A DNA stretch of 63,944 nt, filler included, from Thraustochytrium aureum (lineage: Eukaryota), in NCBI GenBank assembly GCA_012862495.1. It is 8 parts of 4 records of this genome, joined end to end, with 100 filler letters (N's around TTAATTAATTAA, not from the genome) between each part and the next. Parts side by side here need not be neighbours in the genome. Positions count along the whole stretch, not along the records: positions 1 to 22,282 come from BLSG01000332.1; 7 more parts are not named here. One strand, written 5' to 3'. The position numbers and the translations under genes were made by a program. The notes beneath the pieces were generated by a model that did not search any database, had not been told where the DNA came from, and saw nothing but the letters and a program-made list of their open reading frames with translations. Below are positions 9,869 through 21,380 of the stretch, piece after piece (the first letter of the stretch is position 1; every line of letters begins with the position of its first letter).

Positions 9869-12800
9869 TCAGCTTGCGGCGGGACCGCGTGTCCCAACCT
9901 GCGCGACCCCCTCAGCAACGCTCTCGAGGCGGCTGCGACGGCGCGCGCGAAGGAAGAGGTGGCTGTACAAAGTCGCCGGCGAATCGGCCAACGCGCGGTA
10001 CCCGCCTTCCTCGACGACCTCGCCCTCCTCCATGACGTATATCTGGGAGGCGTACTCCCGAACAAAGTCCGAGTCCCGGTGCGTGATCAGAACGACTGTG
10101 GCGCGCTGGGCCGCCACCAGCGTCTTGATGCCTTGCTGCACTAGCCGCTCGGACTCGCCGTCAAGGTTTGCCGCAGGCTCGTCGAGGAGCAAGAGGCGCG
10201 GTTTGCGCAGAAGGGCCCGGGCGATGGCGAGTCTGGCCTTCTCGCCGAGGCTGCACTGCACACCGCGCTCGCCCAGCCTCGTCTGGTACCCGTACTTCAT
10301 CGCCATGATAAAATCGTGCGCGTGCGCGTCCTGCGCGGCGCGGATGACGTCTTCGATGGTAAACTCGCTCGGGTCCAGCCCGTAGACGAGGTTGTCTAGG
10401 ATCGAGAGCCCGAAGAGGGGCGTGTCCTGCGAAACGAGCCCGATCTCGCGGCGCCAGCCCTGCTTGTCAATTTCGTCCAGCGGCTTGCCGTTCACCGTGA
10501 TTGAGCCCGAACTGGGGTCGTAGAAACGGCACAACAGGTTGAACACGGTCGACTTGCCGGCCCCAGACCGCCCCACCAGAACCGTGACAGCATCGGGTGG
10601 GAAGCGCAGGGAGATGCCACGCAGCGCGTCGACGCCGCGTCCTTGCGCATAGCGCAAGGCGACCTCGCGGAACTCGATGAGCAAGCCTTGGCCGGGCGGC
10701 GGAGGCGGTTGCATCGATGTCGATGTCTGGTTGGCCTTTGCCGCGCTTCTGCGGTTGAGGCTTGAGAGGGCCGAAAAGACGCGCTGGGCTGCCGCATACG
10801 CCCGGCTCAGGTCGTTCATCGAGTCGTTGACGCTCTTGTAGGCCGTGTTGACCAGGCTCCAGTAAAGCTGGAAGGTGACTAGCTCCCCGGGCGAGAGCGT
10901 TTCAGGGTGGTAGATAGCCTCCCAGCCGCCGAATCCGAGGACCAGGACCGTGCCGGCTACGCTGAGGTTTTGCGTGATTGCGTTGCTAGCGGCTGTGCCG
11001 AGCGCGTCGCGCACGCCCTTGCCCAGCGCGTCGTTCGTTGCTTCCTGGAACCGCTCCGACTCGCGCGCCTCCATGCCAAACGCCTTGACGGTGCGGATGC
11101 TCCCAAGCGCCTCGGTCGCCACCGAGTTGGCGTCGCCGATGCCCGACCAGATCTCGCGGTTGATCCTCGTCGACCAGCGCGTGTACAGGCGCGCGAGGTA
11201 GGCCATTGGCAGGAGGCTCGTGAGCGAGATCGCGGTGAGCCGCCACGAGGTGAGCAGGCACATGCCCATGCCGCCAAAAATTACAAACACGTTGCTCAGC
11301 ACGTTGGTGAGCATCGACTTCCACGGAGCCACCATCGCGTTGACGTCGTTGGTGAGCATGGCAGTCAGCTGGCCGGTCATGGAGCGGTCGAAAAACTCCA
11401 TTTCCTGCCGAAGGATCGCAGCAAACATCATGTTGCGGACCTGCGCCGCGATGCGCCGCCCCACCACCGAAACGGTGGCGTCGCGCACGACGCCGAATAC
11501 GACGAGGATTGCGCTGCACACCGCCAGCGCGACGACCTGGTCATGGAACTTGTCGACGTTCCTGTCGAACACGGCGTCGATTATCCGCCCTTGGTAGTTG
11601 GGCACGCCGATGCGCGCTCCGGCAAACCCCATCAGGCAAGCCACAGAGACCGCAACTTCGCGCCAGTGCTCGGACAGCAAGGACCAGGCGAGGTCGCTCG
11701 AGGCCGCAGGCCCGCGAGCCTCGCGAGCCGCCGCGGGCGCCTCGCTCGCAGCGACAGAGGCTGCAGTGCCAGCCGAGTTAGCAGAGGCGGAAGAGGCGAT
11801 GGGCGGAGTGCTGGCCTCGAGCAGCGCGCACGGGTCGTCCATGTTGGCGTTACCCGCGATTAGGCGTCGTTCCTAGTCCGCTCCCGGACTACAGCAGCGC
11901 CAAAGCACTGGTGGCAGACGTCAAAGTCGCACCGCTTGCACCGGTATCCCTTGCCGATGATGCGGGCCAGGCAGACGTCGCAGGAGTGGAAGGCCAGCTT
12001 TGGCCAAAAGTATATCTTGTGCCTGTGCAGAACGCGAAGGAGATGGCCGCGCGTGCGCGTGACCGCGTCGCACGCCATTTTGAGCGCAAAAAACTCGAAC
12101 GAGGCGACCAGGATGACGCCAAAAAGGATTGGCGCTTGCTCGTGCTCGGTGCGAAAGTCGATGTAGACGCACCGCACGGAGACGTAGAACGACACTACGG
12201 TGTTAAACAGAAACGCGACGCCCAGGAACAAGTTGCGCCACATTTCCGCGCGGCGCCTCGCTCGATACGCTTTGACCTCGGGTGTGTCCTCCGCCCCGAG
12301 CAGCGACCCGCGCCGCCGACTGTTCCGCAACAGCGGCCGCTTCATCTCCGGCGTCGACAGGATTGCGTACGCCGCAACGAGGCCCTCTGCCTGGATGTGG
12401 CGGTTCACAGCGCCCCACCTAAGGGACAGCGCCAGCGTGGCCAAATTGACCACGCACCGCGAGAGGCTGAGAAGCACCACGCGGTCCTGCCACTTGACGC
12501 TTCCGCCCGCCGAGGCGTCGAAGGCCACGCAGAGCGCGACGTCGAGGCCAAGCACAACGAATAGCGTGCCGACCTTCCATGTCCACNNNNNNNNNNNNNN
12601 NNNNNNNNNNNNNNNNNNNNNNNNNNNNNNNNNNNNNNNNNNNNNNNNNNNNNNNNNNNNNNNNNNNNNNNNNNNNNNNNNNNNNNNNNNNNNNNNNNNN
12701 NNNNNNNNNNNNNNNNNNNNNNNNNNNNNNNNNNNNNNNNNNNNNNNNNNNNNNNNNNNNNNNNNNNNNNNNNNNNNNNNNNNNNNNNNNNNNNNNNNNN

Positions 12801-12942
12801 NNNNNNNNNNNNCGCTCCTTGCCAGGCCGCCGCGCGACGCTGGCGACCCGGCCTCGCTCGCCCTACCGCCGCCGCCGCCGCCGCCGCCGCGTGCGTTCGG
12901 TGTCTGCCTGGCGGTGGTCCATCTTGCCATGGCCGCCGTCAT
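9869..12942 (-). CDS. ABCB (TAP/ABCB10-like) half transporter with N-terminal extra TM region and DC1/C1-like Zn finger; probable indel near 11865; gap 12587-12812
   Basis: TMD with FFD..TG.L...LTND and VRTVKAF-like motifs. Walker A GRSGAGKST, Q-loop VSQD, Walker B LLLLDEP, H-loop ITHR. Upstream ORF 11860..12942 ends in HRH..CDVC..YRCKRCDFDVCHQC, 18 nt from the next ORF, in another frame. Confidence 0.88.
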
Positions 12943-13142
12943 GGCGCCAGATCCGACCCATCGTCGTCTTTCCCGCGCAACCAGCCCGTTGCCGCAGGGC
13001 GACGCGGGCGAGCAGCGCGGGAATTGCGGGGGCGGGGCGGTCGGCGCACGTGCCAGTGCCAGTGCGGGCGGGCGCGCGCTGCGCTGCGCGGTGGAGTCTG
13101 ATTGAGCTGTGCCTGGCGTCGATCTGGGACGCTCGATCCTGC

Positions 13143-13143
<1 letters not shown>

Positions 13144-13175
<32 letters not shown>
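13144..13175 (+). repeat. (CAGC)8 microsatellite
   Basis: Read directly; lies between the divergent ABCB and NT5DC-like genes. Confidence 0.9.
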
Positions 13176-13176
<1 letters not shown>

Positions 13177-13436
13177 GGCCGGCCTTCGTTCCGGGGGCCC
13201 GTCAGGTCCTAGTGGGTCGCGCGCGGGACGTCGCCGTCGTGGCGTGGTGTGGCTTCGTCTCTTCGGAGGGCTGGAGGGCGAACGGGAACGCGCGTGACGT
13301 CCAACTCTCCTCCTCCCAGCGCCGTCCTCCCCGCGCCGTGGCAGCGGCGTCCTCGTCGGCGGCGAATGCGAAGGCTACTGCGGCGGCGGCCCGCGCAGGG
13401 CACGCTGGGCGCAGCGGCAGAGGAAAGGGCCAAGGC

Positions 13437-15295
13437 ATGCATATGGTCGTGCAGACGACGCCCGACCAGTCGTCGGCAATGTGGGCGGCGGCGGCGGCAG
13501 CAGACGCTGCTTGCAGCGACGGCGATCGCTGGGTGAAGGAGCGCATCGTGGAGAGCTGCCTTAAGGAGGCGAACGAGTTCCAGGGCGACTGGGCCGAGAT
13601 GGAGCAGCATGCCAAAGACTGGCGCCACGACTGTCGCAGTACGGCGCGTCGCCTGCGGCATGCGGTCGAGGCGCCAGTGTGCCTTGAGGCGCGACGCCGC
13701 TGTCACCAAGATCGTGCTCGAGGTGGCCCTCGTTGTCGTGGACGAGGTCACAGACCTGGCGGCGCTCGTGGGCCTGGCAGTAGAACTGTTGGTCCGGCTG
13801 GACCTGGACGATATCGACAAGCGGGCGCAGAGCGGCTTGCCTGGCTTCGGCCGCAGCTCTCTGCGGCACAGATCGGCAGCCTGGTAGCATCCCCGGTCGG
13901 GCGGGGGATTCTGGAGCGGCTGGGATTCGACGGGACTCTGCCCTCTTCAGCGAGCCGCGCTCTTGCCGCCGGCGCAGTGGCGGTCGGCGGAGACTTTATC
14001 GCACATGCGGCAGCGTTTCNGCTGGCGTCGTGTGAGGGCCCCGCGGCAGGGGACGAGCCGGCTGCGCGAGAGGCTCTGGCAGAGGGCCCAGGGGCCAACC
14101 CGCTCGGCCTGGCCCAGTCAATCTTGCGCGGCGAGCGCGGGTACAGCAGCTCGCGGTTGGGGAAGGGCAGAGTGGGGTGGCTCGAGGCGACTTTGACTGG
14201 ATCGGCTTTGACCTCGACCACACGCTGGTGGAGTACGAGTGGAAGCAAACGCTCGAGCTCATATTTGAAGGGGCAATGAAGCACTTGGTCGAGCGCGCCA
14301 AGCCTGCGGCGCTCGCAGAGCTATCGCTTGCAGCGGGGGAGAGCTTGGCCTTTCGACCCGAGCTGGAGGGACTTGCGCGCAAAGGCCTGATCCTTGACAA
14401 CGAGCTTGGTTGGCTCGTGCAGTTGGACGGGGAGAGTAAGATCGCGTTTGCCTTTTGCGGCGCTCGCGCGCTCTGCGCGGACGAGCTCAAGCAGGCGCGT
14501 TGCTACCTGGACCCGGAGTCTGGCGAGCGTCTCGCGGTCGACATCAAGGCGAGTGACGGCAAGCGATTTGGCGTGCTGCACACGCGCTTCGAGCAGCCGA
14601 TCGGCGCCGTTCTGGCGGCGGTGCTGGACCGGCTGCCGGGCGCCCTGGCATCGGACGCGACTGTGCGACTGCGGTGGCTCGCGGAAATCAAGACCTCGTT
14701 CTTGTTCAGCCAGTCCAGGTTTTGCACGTACGGCCTGGACGCCAGGCTCGAGAGTGACCCGGCAAGTCTTGTGCGGCCGCAAAGAGCTGCTGCGTCTTGG
14801 CTGCGCGCGCAGCGTCCTGGTCGGTGGGGGCGGGGCGAGCGCCCCAGGCTCTTCCTCCTAACAAACGCCGACGCCGACCACGCCGACCACACGATGAGCG
14901 CCGCGTATGGGCCGAAGTGGGCGTCCTTGTTTGACTTGATCGTGACAGACGCGTCGAAGTCGCGCTTCTTCTTGCCGGAGAACGACGCAGAGCTGCGGCC
15001 CACGTCAGACCCAACTCGCTTCAGCAAGGGCAGCGGAGCGCGACTCGCGGCCGGCCCGCTGGCCGCCGGTCTCGAGCGCGCGCCGCGTGTGCTCTACGTC
15101 GGCGACCATGTCGCGCAGGACACAGTCGCGCCGGTCGAGCACCTATCTTGGTCCACTGTCGCGCTGCAAAGTCCCGCCGACGGGCGAGTGCTGGGCGCCG
15201 AGAGCCCGCCATCATACCTCGGCTCGCTCGCTGCCGATCATGCCGTTGCCATGCTCGCGACCATTGCGTCGCTCCCTGAGCTGGTCCAGACGTGA
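13437..15295 (+). CDS. HAD-superfamily 5'-nucleotidase domain protein (NT5DC1-like; domain 14195-15295) with a probable frameshifted N-terminal extension
   Basis: Motif I DWIGFDLDHTLVEY, motif II LFLLTN, W..LFDLIVTDASKSRFF, motif IV LYVGDH..QD. The catalytic ORF has no nearby ATG, and upstream coding-like sequence begins at ATG 13437. Confidence 0.82.
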
Positions 15296-15395
15296 ACTCG
15301 CGTTGGGGTGGCGCTCTCCAAGCAGCCGCAGTCCTGGCGTTGCAACACGCAAGCGAAGGCAGAGCAGACATGGCGCGCGAGGGCGCACAGTGCCC

Positions 15396-15500
15396 AACAA
15401 AGCGACCAGACAAGCGACCAGACAAGCGACCAGACAAACAAACAGACAAACAAACGACCAAACAAACGCCCACAGATAAATAAACAAACAAACAAGCAAG
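15396..15500 (+). repeat. 12-mer (AAGCGACCAGAC)x3 grading into imperfect (CAAA)n
   Basis: Read directly; abuts an N gap. Confidence 0.85.
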
Positions 15501-16245
15501 CACGGGNNNNNNNNNNNNNNNNNNNNNNNNNNNNNNNNNNNNNNNNNNNNNNNNNNNNNNNNNNNNNNNNNNNNNNNNNNNNNNNNNNNNNNNNNNNNNN
15601 NNNNNNNNNNNNNNNNNNNNNNNNNNNNNNNNNNNNNNNNNNNNNNNNNNNNNNNNNNNNNNNNNNNNNNNNNNNNNNNNNNNNNNNNNNNNNNNNNNNN
15701 NNNNNNNNNNNNNNNNNNNNNNNNNNNNNNNNNNNNNNNNNNNNNNNNNNNNNNNNNNNNNNNNNNNNNNNNNNNNNNNNNNNNNNNNNNNNNNNNNNNN
15801 NNNNNNNNNNNNNNNNNNNNNNNNNNNNNNNNNNNNNNNNNNNNNNNNNNNNNNNNNNNNNNNNNNNNNNNNNNNNNNNNNNNNNNNNNNNNNNNNNNNN
15901 NNNNNNNNNNNNNNNNNNNNNNNNNNNNNNNNNNNNNNNNNNAAGATCTCCCTGCGTGGCCCATCAGAAGAGCTGGAACGGCACAAACGGCACTGCACAG
16001 CTGCGTCATGAGGCCTGCGCGAGAGGCCTTTGCGTCACTCCTTCTCGCTGTGGCCCGTCCGCCCGTCGTCGTGCAGCTGCGTCAGCCGGCACAATTTCTC
16101 GCGACCATCAAGAAGATCTCCAGCATACGACCAACTCCAACGACGAGGCCCGCAGCATCCTCATGCGCCTTGGCGCTACGCCATCGCGGCGCACTGCAAC
16201 ATCCACAAGCCCACGGGCAAAATCCCCGTTGTGAGTGCCTCGCGA

Positions 16246-16468
16246 CAATCGATTGCCCGGCTGTGCGCTGCTGCGGTCCAATCGATTAAACCCGCTGCGC
16301 CTCCTCCTGCGCGACCCATTCAATCGGCGCGTCCCTCGTGAGGCCGCCAATCGATTAATTCAAAAAAAGCAAAACAGAAAACCCTTCTACCTCTGTTCTT
16401 CTCGTGAGAGGTCCACGTGAGAGAGCGGCGGGTCGATTAATCGAAAAATCGAGGCCTTTAATCGATTA
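16246..16468. promoter_or_regulatory. Cluster of five ATCGAT/TCGATTAATCGA palindromes upstream of the mitochondrial carrier gene
   Basis: caatcgattg 16246, caatcgatta 16279, caatcgattaatt 16348, tcgattaatcga 16433, taatcgatta 16459. A regulatory role is inference. Confidence 0.35.
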
Positions 16469-16937
16469 CACGCCGCGTCACGCATGCATGCATGTAGGGA
16501 GGCTGGAGCATGCACGTAATGCAATGCAAGCGCATGTACGCTCACAAGTCAGTATGTAATACATGGGATGACGGACAGACACCAAACTTGAACGACGCCA
16601 GACACCGAACGACGGCACGCAGGCAGGCTGGAAGGCAGGCAGGCTGGCTGGTTGACAGTCTGGTAGGAAGGCCACTGCGCGCAGAGGCGCCTGCCTGCGT
16701 GCGTGCGGAAGTGCACGGCCGAAGCTGCCCAAAGGCTTGCGCCTAAAGGCGGGTTGACCTCGGGCTCGTGCTTGTGGACCGAGTTGACCACTGCGGCTGT
16801 GCGTGTCTGCTGGTGTGCCGCGTGTGTTCGTGCTGTGCGTCTGCGCCGGTGGCGGGCGGGAAACGCGTGACGATGGGGCTTGGATGGGAAGCGCGTCAAG
16901 TTGCCGGTGTCGCGCCAGAAGACTGCCTCGAAGCGGC

Positions 16938-17910
16938 ATGGAAGAGGCAGCCGCACGTGACGAGCGCGGTGGTGGCCTGCTCGGCGGCGAGCGCCGGGAG
17001 CGGGTTGACCAACCTCGCCATCGGCGGCCTGATCCAGTGCGCAGAGGCTGCAACGCTGGGGATGCCGTTCGAGGTGTGGAAGACGCGCATGGGCAGGAAC
17101 AGGAATGAAGGGACCTTGGAGGCGCTGGTAAACGTGTACAAGAATGGCAACGGCATCGGCGCATTCTGGAAGGGCACCGGGCCCAAGATGGTCGAGTCCG
17201 CGACAAAGGGCGCCGTTCTCATGTACGCCAAGGAGTCGGCCAACACCTCGCTTCTGGCCGTCGGGACCAGCCCCACGATGGCGGGCTTGGCTGCAGGCGC
17301 AATCGGGGGGTGCTGCCAGACGGTGGTCATCTCCCCGATGACCTACCTGGTCACCGGCGCGGTGACCGGCGACCAGGCAGTGACGACGACGCAGCGCATC
17401 AAACAAACCTGGGCGCGGAGCGGCGTGCGCGGGTTTTACCCGGGGGGTCGCGATCGCTTTCCGGCAGGCCACAAACTGGGCCAGCCGGCAAGGGNNNNNN
17501 NNNNNNNNNNNNNNNNNNNNNNNNNNNNNNNNNNNNNNNNNNNNNNNNNNNNNNNNNNNNNNNNNNNNNNNNNNNNNNNNNNNNNNNNNNNNNNNNNNNN
17601 NNNNNNNNNNNNNNNNNNNNNNNNNNNNNNNNNNNNNNNNNNNNNNNNNNNNNNNNNNNNNNNNNNNNNNNNNNNNNNNNNNNNNNNNNNAGGTGGCTCG
17701 CATCGAGATGCAGGCGCCGCTGACCAAGGCCAAAAGAGCCTCAACATGATCCAGGTCTTTCGCCAAGTCGTGGCCGAGTCTGGGGTTGGCGGGCTCTTTA
17801 AGGGCATCGTGCCGCGGATCGGCCTTGGCGTCTGGCAGACGCTCTTCATGGTCACCGGCGCAAAACTTCTCAAAGAGCAGCTCGTCGAGCTCGGCGTGAT
17901 TCACGAATGA
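16938..17910 (+). CDS. YHM2: Mitochondrial carrier (SLC25), Yhm2-type citrate/2-oxoglutarate carrier; start uncertain; indel near 17445; gap 17495-17690
   Basis: TLGMPFEVWKT carrier signature; VESATKGAVL, AIAFRQATNWASRQG (frameshifted) and GLFKGIVPRIGLGVWQTLFMV match hallmark segments of the Yhm2 family as I recall them. Confidence 0.85.
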
Positions 17911-18206
17911 GCGCCGCGCGGGCCGCCGCTGGGCCAGCTAACTGTGACAAGGTTCTTGATCGAGACGCTTGTATCCGGAGCATACGGTACCTTTGGGTAG
18001 GTAGTAGAGAACAGAACTGCAGCTTTCGCCACCCTCTCGGTCACTGCGATTCAATTTCCGTTTGCGACCGACCCCACGCGGTCTATCGATCCATGTATCT
18101 ACTTCATTCATAGCATCCCGAGCAACCACAACCTCCCTTCACGCGCCCGCCGCCGGGTTTCAGGCAGCAGCCGCAGATGCCCCGCGTCACTTCCAGAGCT
18201 AGCAAG

Positions 18207-20279
18207 CTAGATACGCGGGTTCGCAGCAGACGGCAAGTTCGGGCGGTTCTCCCCCAGCACCGCGCGCCGCGCAGGCGAGCCTTCGTGCTGCTTGGACCGT
18301 TGCCTCTTCTGCTGGCGCCTCGCGTCCCCCCTCGAGTCATTCTCCGCCGCGGCAAGGCCTTCCTCGTCCAAAAACATGCTGCGTTGCACGTGCGCGTGCA
18401 GCACCGGTAGATCCATCGCATCCAGCGTGAGCTCTTCGCGCAAGTGCTTTGGTAGCAAGCGAACGTTGGCCGTGGGGCGAAAGATAACCTGGTTCGTCGA
18501 GTGCGGCTGGAGCTCGTACCGCAGAACAGTCCGCCTGTGCGCATTTCGCACAGTGCAGGTCCAGACTTTGCCGTCCCCGGGCTGGATTGCCGTCCCGGTT
18601 AGCTCTTCGTAGGTTTCGACCGTTGCTTGCAGGTCGTTTCGCTCCTCCTCGAGAGCCGCGATCTGCTCGGCCAAGGCTGCTTCGTTGGGCCCGTGCAAAG
18701 CCACAGCGCCTGCTGCCGCCCCTTCTTCAAGGCGCTCGCCCAAGTACCGGGCCACTTGCGTGGAAAGCTCGGCATTCTGCTCGCGCAAGCGGGCGAGTTC
18801 TTCGGCCTGCTCGGTGCGCGACTGCGCGTCCTGGCTGGCTTCCTCGCGAAATCTGGCAGTTCAGCCTCGAGGTTCTGGATCACCTCGGCCTGCGCCGCAG
18901 CCTTGGCCTGCGCCAGCTGCCGAGTCTCTTCGAGAAGAAACTCGGCCTCCGTGGTCTGAGGGTCGCGAGCTCCTGGAACATTTGCTCTACGCGCGACGGC
19001 TGGCGCGGGCCGGCGTCTGGCGCTGTGCCAAGCGACGGGTCGGCGCAGGTTTCGAGCTCCTGCAAGGCGCGTATCTTGTCAAAGACAAGTAGTTCTTCGG
19101 CGCGCACTTGCTCCCGTGCGGCGTGGTCGCGCGTGGCCCCAGCCACGCTCGCCAGGCTGGCTGACGATCCTTGCAAGGCTTTTGCACCGCCGCGCTACCT
19201 TCCGCTGCTTTGGGTCCTTGGGCGGCGGTTGAGGCCTCAGCCTCGGCCTCCTCGGCCGTGCCGGTTGTCGTTTCAGTTGCGTCGACCACGGCCACGCCCA
19301 CTGCCGCGTCACTGGTCGCTTCAGGTGCGGCACGCTCGGCCACATCGGGGGCATCCTCCGTCGAGACCGCGTCGGCCGTGGCTTCAGTTCTGGGGACCAC
19401 GGCCACGGTGCCAGCGCCCTCCGTCGGGTCGCCAGAGCTCTGCCCTTGAGCCGTTTGCTCGCTCGAGACGGCGTCATTCATCGCGCTGTCTTGCTCAGGC
19501 TGAGCCGTTTCCGTTGCGGCTTCGTGCGCTTGCTCGGGCAGGGCCGCTTCCGTTTCGGTTTTCGTGGCAGGCTCCGTCTCGATCACCGGGGCCCTTGCNN
19601 NNNNNNNNNNNNNNNNNNNNNNNNNNNNNNNNNNNNNNNNNNNNNNNNNNNNNNNNNNNNNNNNNNNNNNNNNNNNNNNNNNNNNNNNNNNNNNNNNNNN
19701 NNNNNNNNNNNNNNNNNNNNNNNNNNNNNNNNNNNNNNNNNNNNNNNNNNNNNNNNNNNCTGGGGATCGATCCGCAGCGGCGCTGATTGCGGGAGAGCTT
19801 GTCTCCTCTTGCGCGGCAGCCGGCGCCTGCGCCGCTTCCTCGCCGGAAATGAGTGCCCCGTCGTGCTCCTTCTCTGGCGACGCGGGCCCGTTTTTGCGGG
19901 ACTTTCGAGCCGCCCTCGTCGCGCGGCCGCGTACAGGTTCCTCCTTCGCCGCTTCCTCCGTCCGCTCGCCCGATTTCTTGGTGGGCTCTGTCTGGTCTGC
20001 GCCTGTTGTGGCCTTGCGCGACTTTCGCGCCGACCGCGTGAGCCGCACCTCGGTCTGCGCTGCGACTTCGGGCGACTCGCCTGCATCACCAGCGGCTATT
20101 TCGGCCTCGTCCGCTTGACGAGCCTCGTTGGCCAGCTGCCGCCTTGGCTTGCGCTTATTCACCTTGACCTCGGTCTCCGGCTCCGCCTTCCTCTTCTTCA
20201 CCTTTCTCCGCGCATCCTTGGCCGCCGCCGCCGCGCTGGCCAGCTGTCCCTTGCGCTTCTTCCCAGCATCGCCCGGCAT
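18207..20279 (-). CDS. Csm1/Pcs1 (monopolin)-like coiled-coil + RWD protein with long low-complexity N-terminus; several indels; gap 19599-19759
   Basis: C-terminal YEELTG...WTCTV...LRYEL...IFRP...LLPKHLREELTL....PVLHAHV resembles the Csm1 RWD consensus; preceded by a coiled coil; basic NLS-like start MPGDAGKKRKG. Confidence 0.55.
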
Positions 20280-20483
20280 TTTCCGGCCGCCCCCAGAGCT
20301 CACGTGCCCGCGACGACAAGGCGCGCTGGCGAGTTTCGCGAGCGAGTTGCGATGCAATTCGCGTATCCCGGCGCCGTGGCAGGCAGGCTCTGGCACTGAC
20401 GACAGCCGCCTCTGCCTTCCTGCCGCGCGTCCCGTGGCGATTGGCCGCTAGCCCGCCGCCTGCTCGTCCTGGCCGATGGGTGT

Positions 20484-20518
<35 letters not shown>

Positions 20519-20530
20519 CGTGCCTGCCTG
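20484..20530 (-). repeat. (CAGG)n microsatellite (CCTG on +), about 11 units
   Basis: ctgcctgcctgcc... read directly, about 200 bp upstream of the Csm1-like ATG. Confidence 0.9.
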
Positions 20531-21248
20531 CAGCGCCCAACTGTCCATCGTGATTCAAATCAAACTCGTGACCTAACTCGAAACCTAACCAGCTGCGCCG
20601 CGCCGCGACGCCAGCGTTGTGCGGGCGCTGCGCTGCGTCGCGTGGTCGAGCGACGGCCTGGCTGGTTGGCCGACCGCGTGCACGACGGAGCACTCGCAGC
20701 GGAGCCTGTTGGTTTCTTTGTTTGCTCGTTGGATTGCTGGTTTGTTTGGTCGATCGGCGGCCCGGCGCGCGAGGACGGATGGCCGTGAACGGCGGCGCTC
20801 CGCGTGCCTGGCCAGCGCGGCCAGAGCACGTAGCGCTTGCTTGCGAAACCCAGCGCGCTGCAGCAGCCTGGCAAGGCCCAGGAAGAAGGAAGGCGACCCT
20901 CTGCGGCAGTCTGGGCTGGGTTTCGCAAGCCGGCAGCGTCTCACGCCGTGAGCCAGGCACGGGCGCTCTCGCGGGGCGGCGCCCCCGATGGCGGCCTCCA
21001 GCGCCCCTTCGCGTGCCTCCTCTTCGCCATCAGGCCCTCGAGCGTCGGAGCGGAAGTCGGCAAAGGATTCAGCAGCGATCGCGCAAGCCTCCAGCCAGAT
21101 CAGCGAGGCACAACATCGCGCTTTCTCGCTCTTTCGGAGATTGCCGTTCACGAGGCCCTGGAGCGCACCTTAATCCCCGAATGTGCACACCCTCCGTCGC
21201 TGTTTTTTTTGGTGGGACGCGATGCGGTGCTGGAGCTGCTGCAGAGCC

Positions 21249-21267
21249 CGATCGATCGATCGATCGA
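21249..21267. repeat. Self-complementary (GATC)n run
   Basis: cgatcgatcgatcgatcga; similar runs at 35378-35414 and 55525-55560. Confidence 0.85.
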
Positions 21268-21380
21268 GGGACGGCGACACGGCGCGAGGGTCGGGCCGCC
21301 GACGACTGCTGCAAAGCGTCTCGTGAGCGAATCCGTCTGCGAGGCGCGCGCAGAGCGCTCGGGTTTGGTCGGGTTTGGGG

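Noticed and set aside
15943..16234. Possible C-terminal exon after a gap
   Set aside because: Frames are inconsistent and there is no recognisable domain.
20585..21151. 188-aa minus-strand ORF between the Csm1-like and ABCG genes
   Set aside because: No ATG start, it runs into a microsatellite and has no motif; cannot be supported.
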